Source of the DNA: Azolla caroliniana
Lineage: Eukaryota > Plantae > Polypodiophyta
Reading direction: 5' to 3'
Length of the DNA stretch: 64,000 nt
Assembly: GCA_043228905.1 (NCBI GenBank)
Contig: JBHGNT010000002.1
Coordinates: forward strand, 26,970,001-27,034,000
Numbering within the stretch: the stretch's first letter is position 1; the number at the start of each line of letters is the position of its first letter. Below, in pieces: positions 1 through 10,964 of the stretch. The position numbers and the translations under genes were made by a program. The notes beneath the pieces were generated by a model that did no database searches, was not told the origin of the DNA, and saw only the letters and a program-made list of their open reading frames with translations.

Positions 1-755
1 CTTGCAACTTTAAAAAGTGAACAAATTGGAAGAGAATTTCCATTACTCTGAAAACAAATTAAATTTTCACCAGTGTAGAGAACATGTAGAACAATTTAAT
101 TTAATAACACCCCACAACAAGTTTCATGGTATCTGTAGGACTGCTTAGCCCTCAACAGAAATGCTTATGAAGTAGAAGTGTCCATGAGACTGTACCTGCA
201 GTTGTAAAATTTGAGATGGCGGCCTTTGTGGACTTGGGATCAGGTCGCTCCAAGTCATCGAAGTCTATTCCAAAGAAAAGACATGTGTTAAGAACATACA
301 GATGCTTTATCTCCTCTACACATTGAGGACTGCCCGTATGGTTGCAAAGGATGACCACTGATTCATTAACCACAGTTGGGTCCCTTTACCTGCCTGCATC
401 ACCTTTTCACTCCAAAACTTATTCTTTTCTCTCAAATTGAACAGCGACAAAACTGGGGATGAGGATTTAAGCCAGCCTCCATTAGCAGGCCGTTCAATGG
501 CAGAAACCTTGAGAGAGAAGAAAAACAAATAAACAAAGAAATATGTTGCAGCAAGTGAACGTGAATGGAGTACAGAAAATGCAGTGTACGTTATTTTAAA
601 TTCTAAGCCTGAAATAAACGGATATGATCTCTGCAAGAGACAACTGTTGAGATTGCATATGCGTTATTTACCTCTGATGTGGAGAGAAGAATTGTGATGA
701 GCAGAAGCAGAGGCAAAGGCAGAATGGAGGAGACGGAGCTCCGCTGCTTGCCCAT
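1..755 (-). CDS. 5' part of a KNS3/SPOT1 (At5g58100)-like secretory-pathway protein; continues beyond the window start
   Basis: Exons about 755-672, 507-390 and 264-196 with GT-AG borders. They encode a signal-peptide-like MGKQRSSVSSILPLPLLLLITILLSTSE, then SPVLSLFNLREKNKFWSEKVMQ and DFDDLERPDPKSTKAAISNFTTAG, resembling the recalled At5g58100 N-terminus (VFSLFNLxxKSRFWSE..DFDDLE..NYTKxG). HFLKLQ at the window edge fits the following motif. Confidence 0.75.
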
Positions 756-1084
756 ATCCAAAACCATTCCAATCCGAACTGCAGTTCCCGATCCAGGGCC
801 TGCTTTCATCGATCTACAGACCTGTGTCCATCACAGTCTCCTCGCCAGTACTTTTGATCTTTAGGAATGGCTGAACATACCCTGTTTCTGGGTCCTTTTG
901 TTTTGTAGTGGAGTATATTGAAGCACAAAGTGAATTGCATAAGTGGTTTGAGAAGAGATCATTAATGAAGGGCTCCTTGTATTATCAAACTGCAATTTAC
1001 TTTTTGGCACCCGGTCACATGCATACATCATTGGTTTAGGACGTTAATGACGGCTTCATTGTAAGATCATCGGATTAAGCAATG

Positions 1085-1360
1085 GATTAATAACATCTTT
1101 CGGATATAATAAGTTGATTGCGAACAGATAGTAAAAGTGTTACATATGACATGTTGATCAATCATAGATAATGAAAGTGCTAGGATGCAGTAAGTTTATT
1201 TAATCAGCTTTTGAGTAGGATTAGTGAATTAAGAAATTGGTTAACAAAATTGTTAGTATATATAATAAGCATATTAGTGAATTAAGAAATCAAATAATGA
1301 AAGTGTTAGGATATAATAAGCAAATTATCTAATGAAAGTGCTACAAGATAATAAGTGCAT
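1085..1360. repeat. Degenerate short tandem repeat array upstream of the KNS3-like gene
   Basis: Recurrent TAATGAAAGTG(C/T)TA.GAT..TAAG units near 1167, 1293 and 1330; ATTAGTGAATTAAGAAAT at about 1220 and 1273. Confidence 0.55.
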
Positions 1361-2299
1361 CGATCATTCAAATTTGGTGGTGTTTAGGATACTAGATAGA
1401 CTGTTGGATTGGAAGCAAATTAATGGATAATAATGGTTGGATCATTATGCATCAAAGGATTTATTAAATCACAATTCATTCAGGGAGCATTTGATGTGTT
1501 TTGAGACTTCGTTAGGGTTATGGAATAACGCAAAAAATATTTTTGAGTTATTTCAATTACTTATTTGAGAACTTGAGATCAATTAAAATCTATGAGTTTC
1601 TGCGATATCATTACTTTTTAACAAGTTTAACATGGTATTTAGGTGAGTAGTTGATAGAGATGAAACTTTCATACCTCTCGTTTCTATTGCTAAAGTATAG
1701 CGAACATTGAAGCATATTTCTAAAACATAAAACCTTTATATATTATACTTAGAGACCTCCATGGATGTTTAAAGGAGGCACGCTGAGTTTAGTTGTCTAG
1801 CCTTATGAAACAGTTCTAAATGCTCATTTAAAGAATTTAGAGTAAGTGAGAAATTGATTATTGTAGGAATTGAAACAAACCCATAAGGACGTAGGATATG
1901 CGATGGTCCAAGCAACTAACGAGTTTAGTTATATAAAGGGAACTTGCTACCCACTTTAATACAATATCTCAAGAGGCTTTGACTCGTTATCAGTGAGGCA
2001 ACACTCTTGTCTTCTAGGTCCACTAAATAGCTAACTTCCAAGGATCACACAAGACCATAATCCACCAATATAGGACATAGATGGGGTTTTGTGTTAAACT
2101 CTATCTAGTTCTTTGCTAGAGGGTGATTTGACATGTTATGCGTTCGTAATCCATTGTTTTATTTAATTTGTTTATTTGATTTCTTGTCACATGTTTATGT
2201 TCATAAGAGCGTAGAAATGGAAATTATTCTTCAAAGGTCAACAATTATTTTCTTTCTATGTCAAAACCAATCCAAGTTTTTTGGAGATTTAGCTTTTTG

Positions 2300-4800
2300 C
2301 GTTTCTATGGTAGCCTTGCTCTAATGGTTGTTGCCAATAACACAAATCCAATTTAAGAACCATTGATGCAAGTGCATTGCAATCATAGCTTTTTCAGGAC
2401 CATTGATAGTGATCCACACATGTTTAACCCCCATGAACAAACCAGGTACAACAAGTGTAAGATGCAAATGTAATAGTTCCCATAAGTCACGCCACAGTGT
2501 GAAATCATTCAACGCATGCACGCAGACCAAATACATAACTTTGCTCTCGTATGTAATCTCAATGGCAAAGAAGTTGTTAGATAGATCCTCTTAAATTAAA
2601 ATTGGCTGAAATTTCTCATTGCATAATCACCAAAACACTTAAGGTTCACCAATTGAAAGCATAAGTATGAAGCCTTGACAATGAACCCTTCTTCTAGTTG
2701 CTTTATGACTTGTGGCTATATCATGTGCAATTGCGGATAAAACCACCCACACATTTGCATGAATGCTTCACGTCCCATGGTTACTATGAGATCAAACACC
2801 TCAAAAACATTCCCATTTGCCTGTTTTCATAGGAAAAAGGAGACAGTTATATAGTTATGGAGATGATGTTGTCTCCCCTTCATCCAGGATTAGCAATGGG
2901 CCCGGTTTCGGCTCAAACCGAACCAAACCGAAAAACTGTCGCTTAACGGCTTATAGGTTCGAAGATAAATAAACGGTTTGGTTTGGTTTCAAAAGTTACT
3001 AATCGGTTTCGATTCAGTTTTGAATTGAGCAGTTTAGTAGTTTATCGGTTTCTGTTTATGTGGTTTGGTTTAAAGGTTTATAGGTTAAAAAATACTCATA
3101 AATTTTCCTTATAGGCTGTAACTTTCAACTTTTAATTTTAAAATCTAGTTTTAACTTATTGAATTTTATATGCATTATATGTAGAGTCTCCTTTTCATTT
3201 ATGATAAGCATGATGACAAAATTTTATGATGATTTTCTCACACAAATTTATAAATAGTATGATGATTAATATCAATAAAAAATGGTTTGGTTTTAAATTT
3301 TTCGTAAACAGTTTGGTTTAAATTAAATGGCTTAAAAAAATTAAACAGTTTGGTTCGGTTTTTATTATTAATAAATGGTTTGGTTTCAAGGCCAAGAAAC
3401 CAAAACCGAACCGAGCCCATTGCTATCCAGGATTACTTCCATGTCGGGGCAAGTACATCCTCAAGTGAAAAGTCAAGCTTAGGGAAGTACAATTTTCTGA
3501 TTAAGTTCCTGCCCACTATGGATTCATGTGCCTTGTTGAATACCCTCTGTTTTTCATGCTTAAAAACTCCCCTTAACCAGATACCATGCAGCAACATTGA
3601 TAGAAATCTCCCTCTGATAGAGCAAAGTTCCCGGTGCTTCCAACCAACCTTCTCCGATCTGATCCATTGTAGCAAATTATTCCTGTTTTCTGGAAAGAAC
3701 ATCATATCGAGGATCTGTCAATCATTATGCGTGCTCTTGTTTACCTTGAAGATGCTGCTTCAAGATTAAATGGTTTCTCCATTGGGGAAGTCGTCTGAGA
3801 CTTTGGAGTCTCGCCTCACCAATTTCCAATGTAGCCAAATAATCTGCCACAACCTGAAGATCTTTAGACATACAGAATATTGCAGATTCAATCTTCTGGA
3901 GGATCAAAATCCAGTGTGAGCATCCCTATCAATTCGGATTTGGTTACCTTGTATAAGAATACATTGTGGTCCGCATCGAAAGAAAACGTTTTTTGGCATA
4001 ACCCACTGGTTTATACCACTTTTGGTTGTAGAGTTGCATTAATATGCTTATGATTATTGTGCTGGATGCATTGACAAATACATGGGATTCTCGACTACAA
4101 TCCATTGGTTGCACAACTGGAGCTAGTGACAACACCACCTTCATCTCTTTATAATGTTGTTTCCTCTTTCGCAAATGCATTGATGTGTGCAAAGGTATGG
4201 CCCAGTAGGATGTGTGCAGCATCCTACTGTGCCAGCAGATTTGTCCAAGGAACCTGGAAAGCTCCTTGCCATTGGTTGATGCTGGAGATTCTAGGATTAC
4301 GTTCATCTTTCCTAGAGTTGTTACAATCCCATTCTTGCTGACAATATGTCCAAATAACATTCCAGTTGATATAATTGTGAATAGAACTCTCTTCCCATTT
4401 TGTGACCATGATCCTTGAGTAGCATCAAGTATGCATCTCTAGATCCAAGTTGCAATACAAATGCAGATATTTCAAATAGAGATCTTCTCACATCATTATG
4501 CACAATAGTTGGACTACCCTTTGATCCGCCATTCCGACCAAAAATGGAGAATGTTCTCATTTTGTAAATCTGAACGAATTGCACATATCCTCACCGATTA
4601 CATTTATGCCAGGATGTCCCTCCAACAACACTCACAACAGCTCTTGATTTTGCATGGATACTGTCAGTATAGGAACTTTCTCGCCAGTGGCAGGAAAATG
4701 GTGTTTTTTGTGTTGTCAACAAGTTGACGGGTGACTGGGTTCTGTTTAACTCTGCTTCCTCCTCTTCTTCCCAAGGAACCTCCACAGAACTCTCTATTGC
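2300..4800 (-). mobile_element. Decayed Ty3/gypsy LTR-retrotransposon pol remnant (RT, RNase H, integrase)
   Basis: Broken ORFs carry RT/RNase H-like text (LFGHIVSKNGI...KELSRFLGQ...HVFVNAS...PVGYAKKR; VVADYL). Integrase-like fragments lie further 3' (about 2300-2900), which is gypsy domain order. Many stops and frameshifts. Confidence 0.8.
2891..3425. mobile_element. Non-autonomous hAT-type MITE nested in the gypsy remnant
   Basis: TIRs TAGCAATGGGC(C/T)CGGTT; perfect 8-bp TSD TCCAGGAT (2883-2890 and 3426-3433); subterminal AAACCG/CGGTTT repeats; AT-rich core. Confidence 0.92.
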
Positions 4801-4816
4801 TTCTGTATCCTTTCCA

Positions 4817-5197
4817 CCATCTATTGGCTTAAGTGAGGCATTAACTTGAGAGGTTTTTAATGGGAATAGCTATACTATAGTTCAACGACATTACACGACT
4901 TATCCATGACACATAAACCAGTCATTGACATATTGTTACAATAAACAAAACATAGAAAAGGCAATAAATATATATCTCCCTAGACACATGGTGTTGTGCC
5001 CGACTTATCCGCCATCTATTGGGTTAAGTGAGGCATTAACTTGAGAGGTTTTTAATGGGAATAGCTATACTATAGTTCAAATACATTACACGACTTATCC
5101 ATGACACATAAATCAGTCACTGACATATTGTTACAATAAACAAAACATAGAAAAGGCAATAAATATATACCTCCCTAGACACATGGTGTTGTGCCCG
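4817..5197. repeat. Tandem duplication of about 186 bp
   Basis: Near-identical units 4817-5002 and 5012-5197 separated by a 9-bp filler. Confidence 0.92.
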
Positions 5198-5877
5198 TTT
5201 TCATAGATGCCTCTACCATCTCAAGAATGTGAACACTGTTAGCATTTTCCCATGATTCACACATATGTATGCAAACAATTATTCATAACACATTGTCTTT
5301 AACAGTCAATAACTCAAACATGGTCAATGAGATTACACAATATGATATCAACTAAACATATACTCGCATGAACAAGTTGTAAATTAATGCCAGGATGGAA
5401 AAAATGCTTGCTCATCAGCAGGTTCATCTGACTTCATCAACATCAACAGTGAACCAAAGGTTCCACATTAAAAAAAAAGAACATGATTTGAATCATTTAC
5501 CTAAATCTTCTTCTGTAGCATTGAGAAGCCACAGAATGTCAGACATCACAAATATGCATGATCTTGGTACATATATGCATAGGCACACGGTCAGGTTCAT
5601 GAATCAGAGCAGATTCTCACTACCGCCACTGGCACGACCTCATTTTAATGATCTGTAACAACCTTTGATATAATACAATGCAAACCTTAGGAATAACCCC
5701 TTTGAGCTAGTCCCTCATGAATCTCTTCCATCTTTACATATAAATATGTATTTTCAGGATGGCCCTGATCAGCTACACCAAACGAATGGACATTCTTATC
5801 AATATCAGTCTACCAGCAATTCCCTTGTATTGATTCCATGATTTATTCTTCACTCTCGTACTTTCAATTCTATCTGC

Positions 5878-6371
5878 AAAGCACAATCACAACTTTCTTT
5901 AACCCCATCACTCCTACTCAAGCTACAAGTCAATCAAGAGGCTACACAAGAGGGCTTCTGACCAGGACATTGCAAAGGGGTTACAATAGATCAGGCAATA
6001 GCAATTTTCCGTGCAAGTAGGCCACGGCCTTGTGGACCACGATCTCACCACCCATGTCATCAACAGATAAAAGCCATCATCTCCTACATCACATGTGCTT
6101 CCCTCATTTCGGAGGCCTCTCCATTCTGGATTGACCTATGCTAGTGATATTTCGAAAACAAAATTACAATATATCTAACTTGAGAATCTTACATGTATGA
6201 ATGACGACATTCTTCAGTCATGTCTTATTCTATTTCTATTTACTTTTTCACTTCGTTACATTTAATTTGGTTTGTTGTTCTCAAATACATGACATGATTT
6301 TAAGATGTTTTTTGGTTGTCTAGGCCATTTTGGCTTCTTTAAAGACGTTAATATTTCTTTCTTTCATTCAT
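5878..6371 (+). mobile_element. 5'-truncated non-LTR retroposon (LINE-like 3' end) inserted in the 3' end of the PPR ORF
   Basis: Homologous to reverse-strand copies at about 62950-63450 and 48360-48730; ends in a (TTTC)n/(TTCA)n tail; flanked by TSD TCTGC (5873-5877 and 6372-6376). Confidence 0.85.
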
Positions 6372-8845
6372 TCTGCTTCTGTTTGCATTCCAGCTGTTGC
6401 ATATATATTTCCCATACAGATATATGCAGGAGCACACTTTTCATCCAATTGCACTGATTGCTCAAATGCCCATCTCCCAAGCTTTACATTTCTCCATTTT
6501 CTACAAGAACCCAATATGCTTTGGAATAGTGGAAGATGGCATAAATGGGGAACACCATTAAGAAACACATTAATCTTGTCAAAGAGCCCTGCACGGCCAA
6601 ATAGATCAACCATACAAGTGTAGTGATCTATTGTTGGGGTGAGACAATGGACAGTACACATTTCATCAAACAACTTTTCTCCCTCCTGAATCAGACCTAC
6701 ATGACTACACACATTCAACAAAACAATGAAGGTAGCTGAATTTGGAACAATATTTTCAGCCCTCATTGTCACATATAGGTCAAAAACTACACTAGCTTGA
6801 CCGAACTGGCCATATCCAGAGATCAGGGTGTTCCAAGAAACAACATCCCGCAAAGGAAGTTGCTCAAATAATTCACGTGCTTTCTCCAACACACCACACT
6901 TTGAATACATGTCCACAAATGAAGTGCCAAGTACAACGTTGTTCTGCAACAAACCTAGATTTCTGACTTCAGCAACTATATCTTCTCCGACCTCTAGAGA
7001 CCCCGTAATGCCACATGCTTTCAAAATGCAGACATAAGTTACCTCATCTGGACACACTCCTGCAACTTTCATTCGCTTGAAACATTTCAATGCTTCATTG
7101 CCAAGCCCATTCAGGGCATATCCAGTAATAAGGGAACTCCAAGCCACAACATTACGCTCTGGAATCTGCTCAAACACTTCTTCTGCTTTCTCCAACACAC
7201 CACATCTGGAGTACATGTCAACCAATGCATTGCCAAGAGTAACATCTTTCTTCAGTAACCCTTTCTCTCGAACTTTGGCATCTATCTCTTCCCCGATATC
7301 TAGAGACCCCACAATGCCACAAGCTTTCAAAACACAAATATAAGTTACTGCATTTGGACTGACTCCTGCATCTTTCAATTCTCTGAAGCATTTCAACGCA
7401 TCATCACCGAGTCCATTTTGGCTATAACCCGAAATCATGGCATTCCAAGTCACAACATCCCGCACTGCAAGTTGCTCAAACACTTCTCTTGCATTCCCCA
7501 TTGCACCACACTTAGAATACATATCCAACAATGCAGTTCCAAGCACGATATCTTTCTCCAATAACCCTTGCATTTTGACTTCAACATATACATTTTCCCC
7601 CATCTCTAAAGACTTCACAAGGCCACAAGCTTTCAAAATGCAGATATAAGTTATAACATCAGGACAAACTCGTGCACTTTTCATTTGTCTGAAAATCTTC
7701 AATGCTTCATCACCAAAACCATTTTGGCAATATCCAGAAATGAGGGCATTCCAAGATACAATATCTCGTACTGGAAGCTGCTCAAACACTTCCTGTGCTT
7801 TTTCAATTGCACCACACTTAAAATACATGTCCAGTAATGCATTTCCTAGCATGATATCCTTCTGCAAGAACCCTTTCTCTCTGACTTTCACACCAATATT
7901 ATCCCCAATCTCTAGAGACCCTACCATGCCACAAGCTTTCAAAATGCAGATAAAAGTTACTGCATCTGGATCTATACCCTCATTTTGCATCTGTTTGAAG
8001 CATTTCAGCGCCTCATAACCAAGCTCATTTTGAGCATATCCAGCAATTAAGGCATTCCAACACACAACATTCCTCTCTGAAAGTTGCTCAAATACTTCTC
8101 GTGCTTTATCAAGAACCCCGCATTTAGAATACATGTCCAACAATGCAGTACTGAGCACAACATCTTTTTCCAATAACCCTTGCTCTCTAACCTCAGCATC
8201 TATTCCTTCCCCGATCTCCAGAGACCCTATGCTTCCACAAGCTTTCAAAATGCAAGTATAAGTTACAGCATCTGGACGGATTCCTGCATCCTTCATTTGT
8301 TTGAATAATTTCAGTGCTTCATCACCAACCCCATTTTGGGTATATCCTGCAATGAGGGCATTCCATGACACTACATTCCGCAATGGAATCTGTTCAAATA
8401 CCTCCAGTGCTTCTTGAAGTGAACCACACTTGCCATATGTTGTGATAAGAGCATTGGCAATGTAAACATCCTTTGCAATCAAGTTTCTTTGAAGAACATC
8501 TGCATGTATTCGTCGAGTTTTCCATATGTTCTTCCCTTTCTGGCATGACTTTATGAGATTCAAAATCCTAACATGATCATGGAACCGCAATTTCTTCGGA
8601 AGCCCGTTATCAAAAACCAGCTTGCCAGTGGAATGAAGCAAGCTGAGCTCCTTCAACTCGTTTCTGGCAAACGGTGGGTTGGACCCAGCATGGACCCAGC
8701 AAGGTTTTCCAGTTTGTCTGTGCCTGAAGTCTGAGGAATTAGGGTTTATCTTTAAAGATGGCCATAGACAGAGCTTCAGAGATGCAGGGTTTCCGAAGGA
8801 GTTGGATGGGCCCCACAAGGACTTGGTGTCTGTGGAAGAGAACAT
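6368..8845 (-). CDS. Intronless PLS-class pentatricopeptide repeat protein (E-type, no DYW); probable organellar RNA-editing specificity factor
   Basis: 825-aa ORF with a transit-peptide-like N-terminus, five ~102-aa P-L-S triplets (VVSWNALIAGY / TYTCILKACG / LGTALLDMYSKCG), then P2-L2-S2 (HYTCMVDLFGRAG), E1 and a truncated E2. Confidence 0.96.
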   Translation of the reverse strand: MFSSTDTKSLWGPSNSFGNPASLKLCLWPSLKINPNSSDFRHRQTGKPCWVHAGSNPPFARNELKELSLLHSTGKLVFDNGLPKKLRFHDHVRILNLIKSCQKGKNIWKTRRIHADVLQRNLIAKDVYIANALITTYGKCGSLQEALEVFEQIPLRNVVSWNALIAGYTQNGVGDEALKLFKQMKDAGIRPDAVTYTCILKACGSIGSLEIGEGIDAEVREQGLLEKDVVLSTALLDMYSKCGVLDKAREVFEQLSERNVVCWNALIAGYAQNELGYEALKCFKQMQNEGIDPDAVTFICILKACGMVGSLEIGDNIGVKVREKGFLQKDIMLGNALLDMYFKCGAIEKAQEVFEQLPVRDIVSWNALISGYCQNGFGDEALKIFRQMKSARVCPDVITYICILKACGLVKSLEMGENVYVEVKMQGLLEKDIVLGTALLDMYSKCGAMGNAREVFEQLAVRDVVTWNAMISGYSQNGLGDDALKCFRELKDAGVSPNAVTYICVLKACGIVGSLDIGEEIDAKVREKGLLKKDVTLGNALVDMYSRCGVLEKAEEVFEQIPERNVVAWSSLITGYALNGLGNEALKCFKRMKVAGVCPDEVTYVCILKACGITGSLEVGEDIVAEVRNLGLLQNNVVLGTSFVDMYSKCGVLEKARELFEQLPLRDVVSWNTLISGYGQFGQASVVFDLYVTMRAENIVPNSATFIVLLNVCSHVGLIQEGEKLFDEMCTVHCLTPTIDHYTCMVDLFGRAGLFDKINVFLNGVPHLCHLPLFQSILGSCRKWRNVKLGRWAFEQSVQLDEKCAPAYICMGNIYATAGMQTEAE

Positions 8846-10964
8846 GGAGTCTCATCTCAGTCACTTCGTATGAAAAAACTGTATTATGGCTGAATAATTT
8901 GGACAACTAAATCTTCATCATTTCATGGTTTTGGGGAATTCTAAAAACTACCCCTACTTTGTATCAAGGGAGGGCTAATATGTGCAAAAATTCTTTTACA
9001 CTCTCTCTTTCACGAACATTGCAATGCATGAGTGGGTATCAAGCCCATCCACACTTCTCTTGTGAGGGATATATATGTATCCCCATACCAACAAGGGCAC
9101 CCAAGGGAGTTTCGTATAGTATAATAAGTTAGAGTTTTTAGTTCATTCCCTTTTTCATTACGTTTATGTTATCTTGTTTATCATTATGCCTTCGAGAAGT
9201 TGTCACAATTATTAGTTGTGGCTTCCCTGCCTAAATAGTCCAATGAGGAAAACGGAACAGTGTAAGTTACTCCATTAGACACGCGATGGAAATACAAATA
9301 CTCTAAAAAATGTTGTTATGAACAAAACAAATGCAACAAATGTCATGTCTTTGCATTTTGATTATAACAAGATAGGGCAATAATTAGTTACAAATTCCCT
9401 ACGTAAACGATCAAATGAAGAGAATAAAATCATCTAAATGGAATGGACAATATGAATATAGCAAATGACTTTCACACTATGAACACTCAATGTCCACAAC
9501 ATTTCATTCCTTGTTGCTTCCGGTAGGGTTTTTTTGCTTAAAATCTATTTTCCCAAGTTTAAAGTTTCGACTACTACTATTACCATAAAATCACAACCAC
9601 ACGCTCACACGAAATTGAAAAATGACAAAGAGGTTCCTACCTAGGATGGGATGAAATCGAAATGTTGGACCTATGGCGACCTGTTATCCTTGCAACCCTC
9701 AAGTTCCATGAACTATAAATTAACCTCTACCCAATAAGTTCTAAGCATCTTGGCCTTGCCATAGTAGATCACATGTGGTCAAGGTCACCACATTATCATT
9801 GGCATTACAAAGTGAAGATGAGTACACCTTTGCCTTCATTAAGCATACAATCATTTTCACAAACTTTTCATTGAATTGTATCTCTTCAAATCATTGTTAT
9901 TGTAATGTAAAATAATGAGCAAATTCAAGGCCTTGATTAATATTTGATCAAGGAGCTTGAAATGTGCGATCAAATCCATGTTTGTATGTCAAGATAGATG
10001 TTCGTGTAAATTCTTTATACTTCCCACATTCTAAATGAAGACCCTCTCCATTGTGTTATGGCGTCAAGGGTTACCCACTCTAGGTGATGTTATAACATAC
10101 CACATGCTCTAGGAATGTCCTCTCCATTGGCATATGGCATCATATTTACAATTATTATTGGTATGATCTCATACAAATCTATCAATCTAACACCATATCT
10201 TAGGTGCCATAGAGGATTGTCTATAAGGTTGAGCAAAATATGAATGCATTATTATTATTTAGCTAAGAAGGGGGATTATTGCTACTCAGTAGCAAACACT
10301 TCTTAGCAAGAAAAAACATACAAGATTCATTAAAATCTCAACCCCATATGCCAAATGAGCTCCTCAACATGGATGATAAAGATTCTATTTTTAACTCTCT
10401 CTTCCAAAGAAAAGTATTATTATGTGAGACACCATTTCACTTCCAACCTTAGCTTTATCTGAAAACTTAACAGTTCGTATCCATTTAGCTCATTCAATTG
10501 GGGCTTATGCACGTAGTATTGCTATCAATACACATCTATGAGGCCTTGGTATCAACCAAAATTATCTAGGCCATTGAGATGAGAATGTTGTCAAAGAGAG
10601 GGAGAAAGTGTTGTTACCCAATTGGAAAAGTTGACAACGGAGATTAAATTGGTCTTGCGTTAAACCCATCATTCCGGTGGCATTTATTAAATTGGTATAC
10701 ATATCATGAGACTTGAACCCGACTACATACATAGTGAGCAACATTCAGAACTGAATGTACCTTCATTTCTGCCAATTATGCACTTCGTTGATGCATTCAT
10801 AATCAGTAACTCAATAGTCTCAATCGGTGCATCATATGGTATTCAAGCCTTGGAGGCAACATAGGGTATGATGCATTTGCTAAGAGTACGCCATTCTCAT
10901 CTAAAGAGTTATATCATGATGCATAACAAAGACGAGTAGGAGCCCCTTTAAGAATCCATAATTA

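Noticed and set aside
6330-8018. Plus-strand ORFs repeated over the PPR gene
   Set aside because: Antisense shadows of the periodic PPR reading frame.
9750-10300. Possible copia-like remnant with a purine tract near 10265
   Set aside because: Too decayed to show a convincing motif or boundaries by eye.
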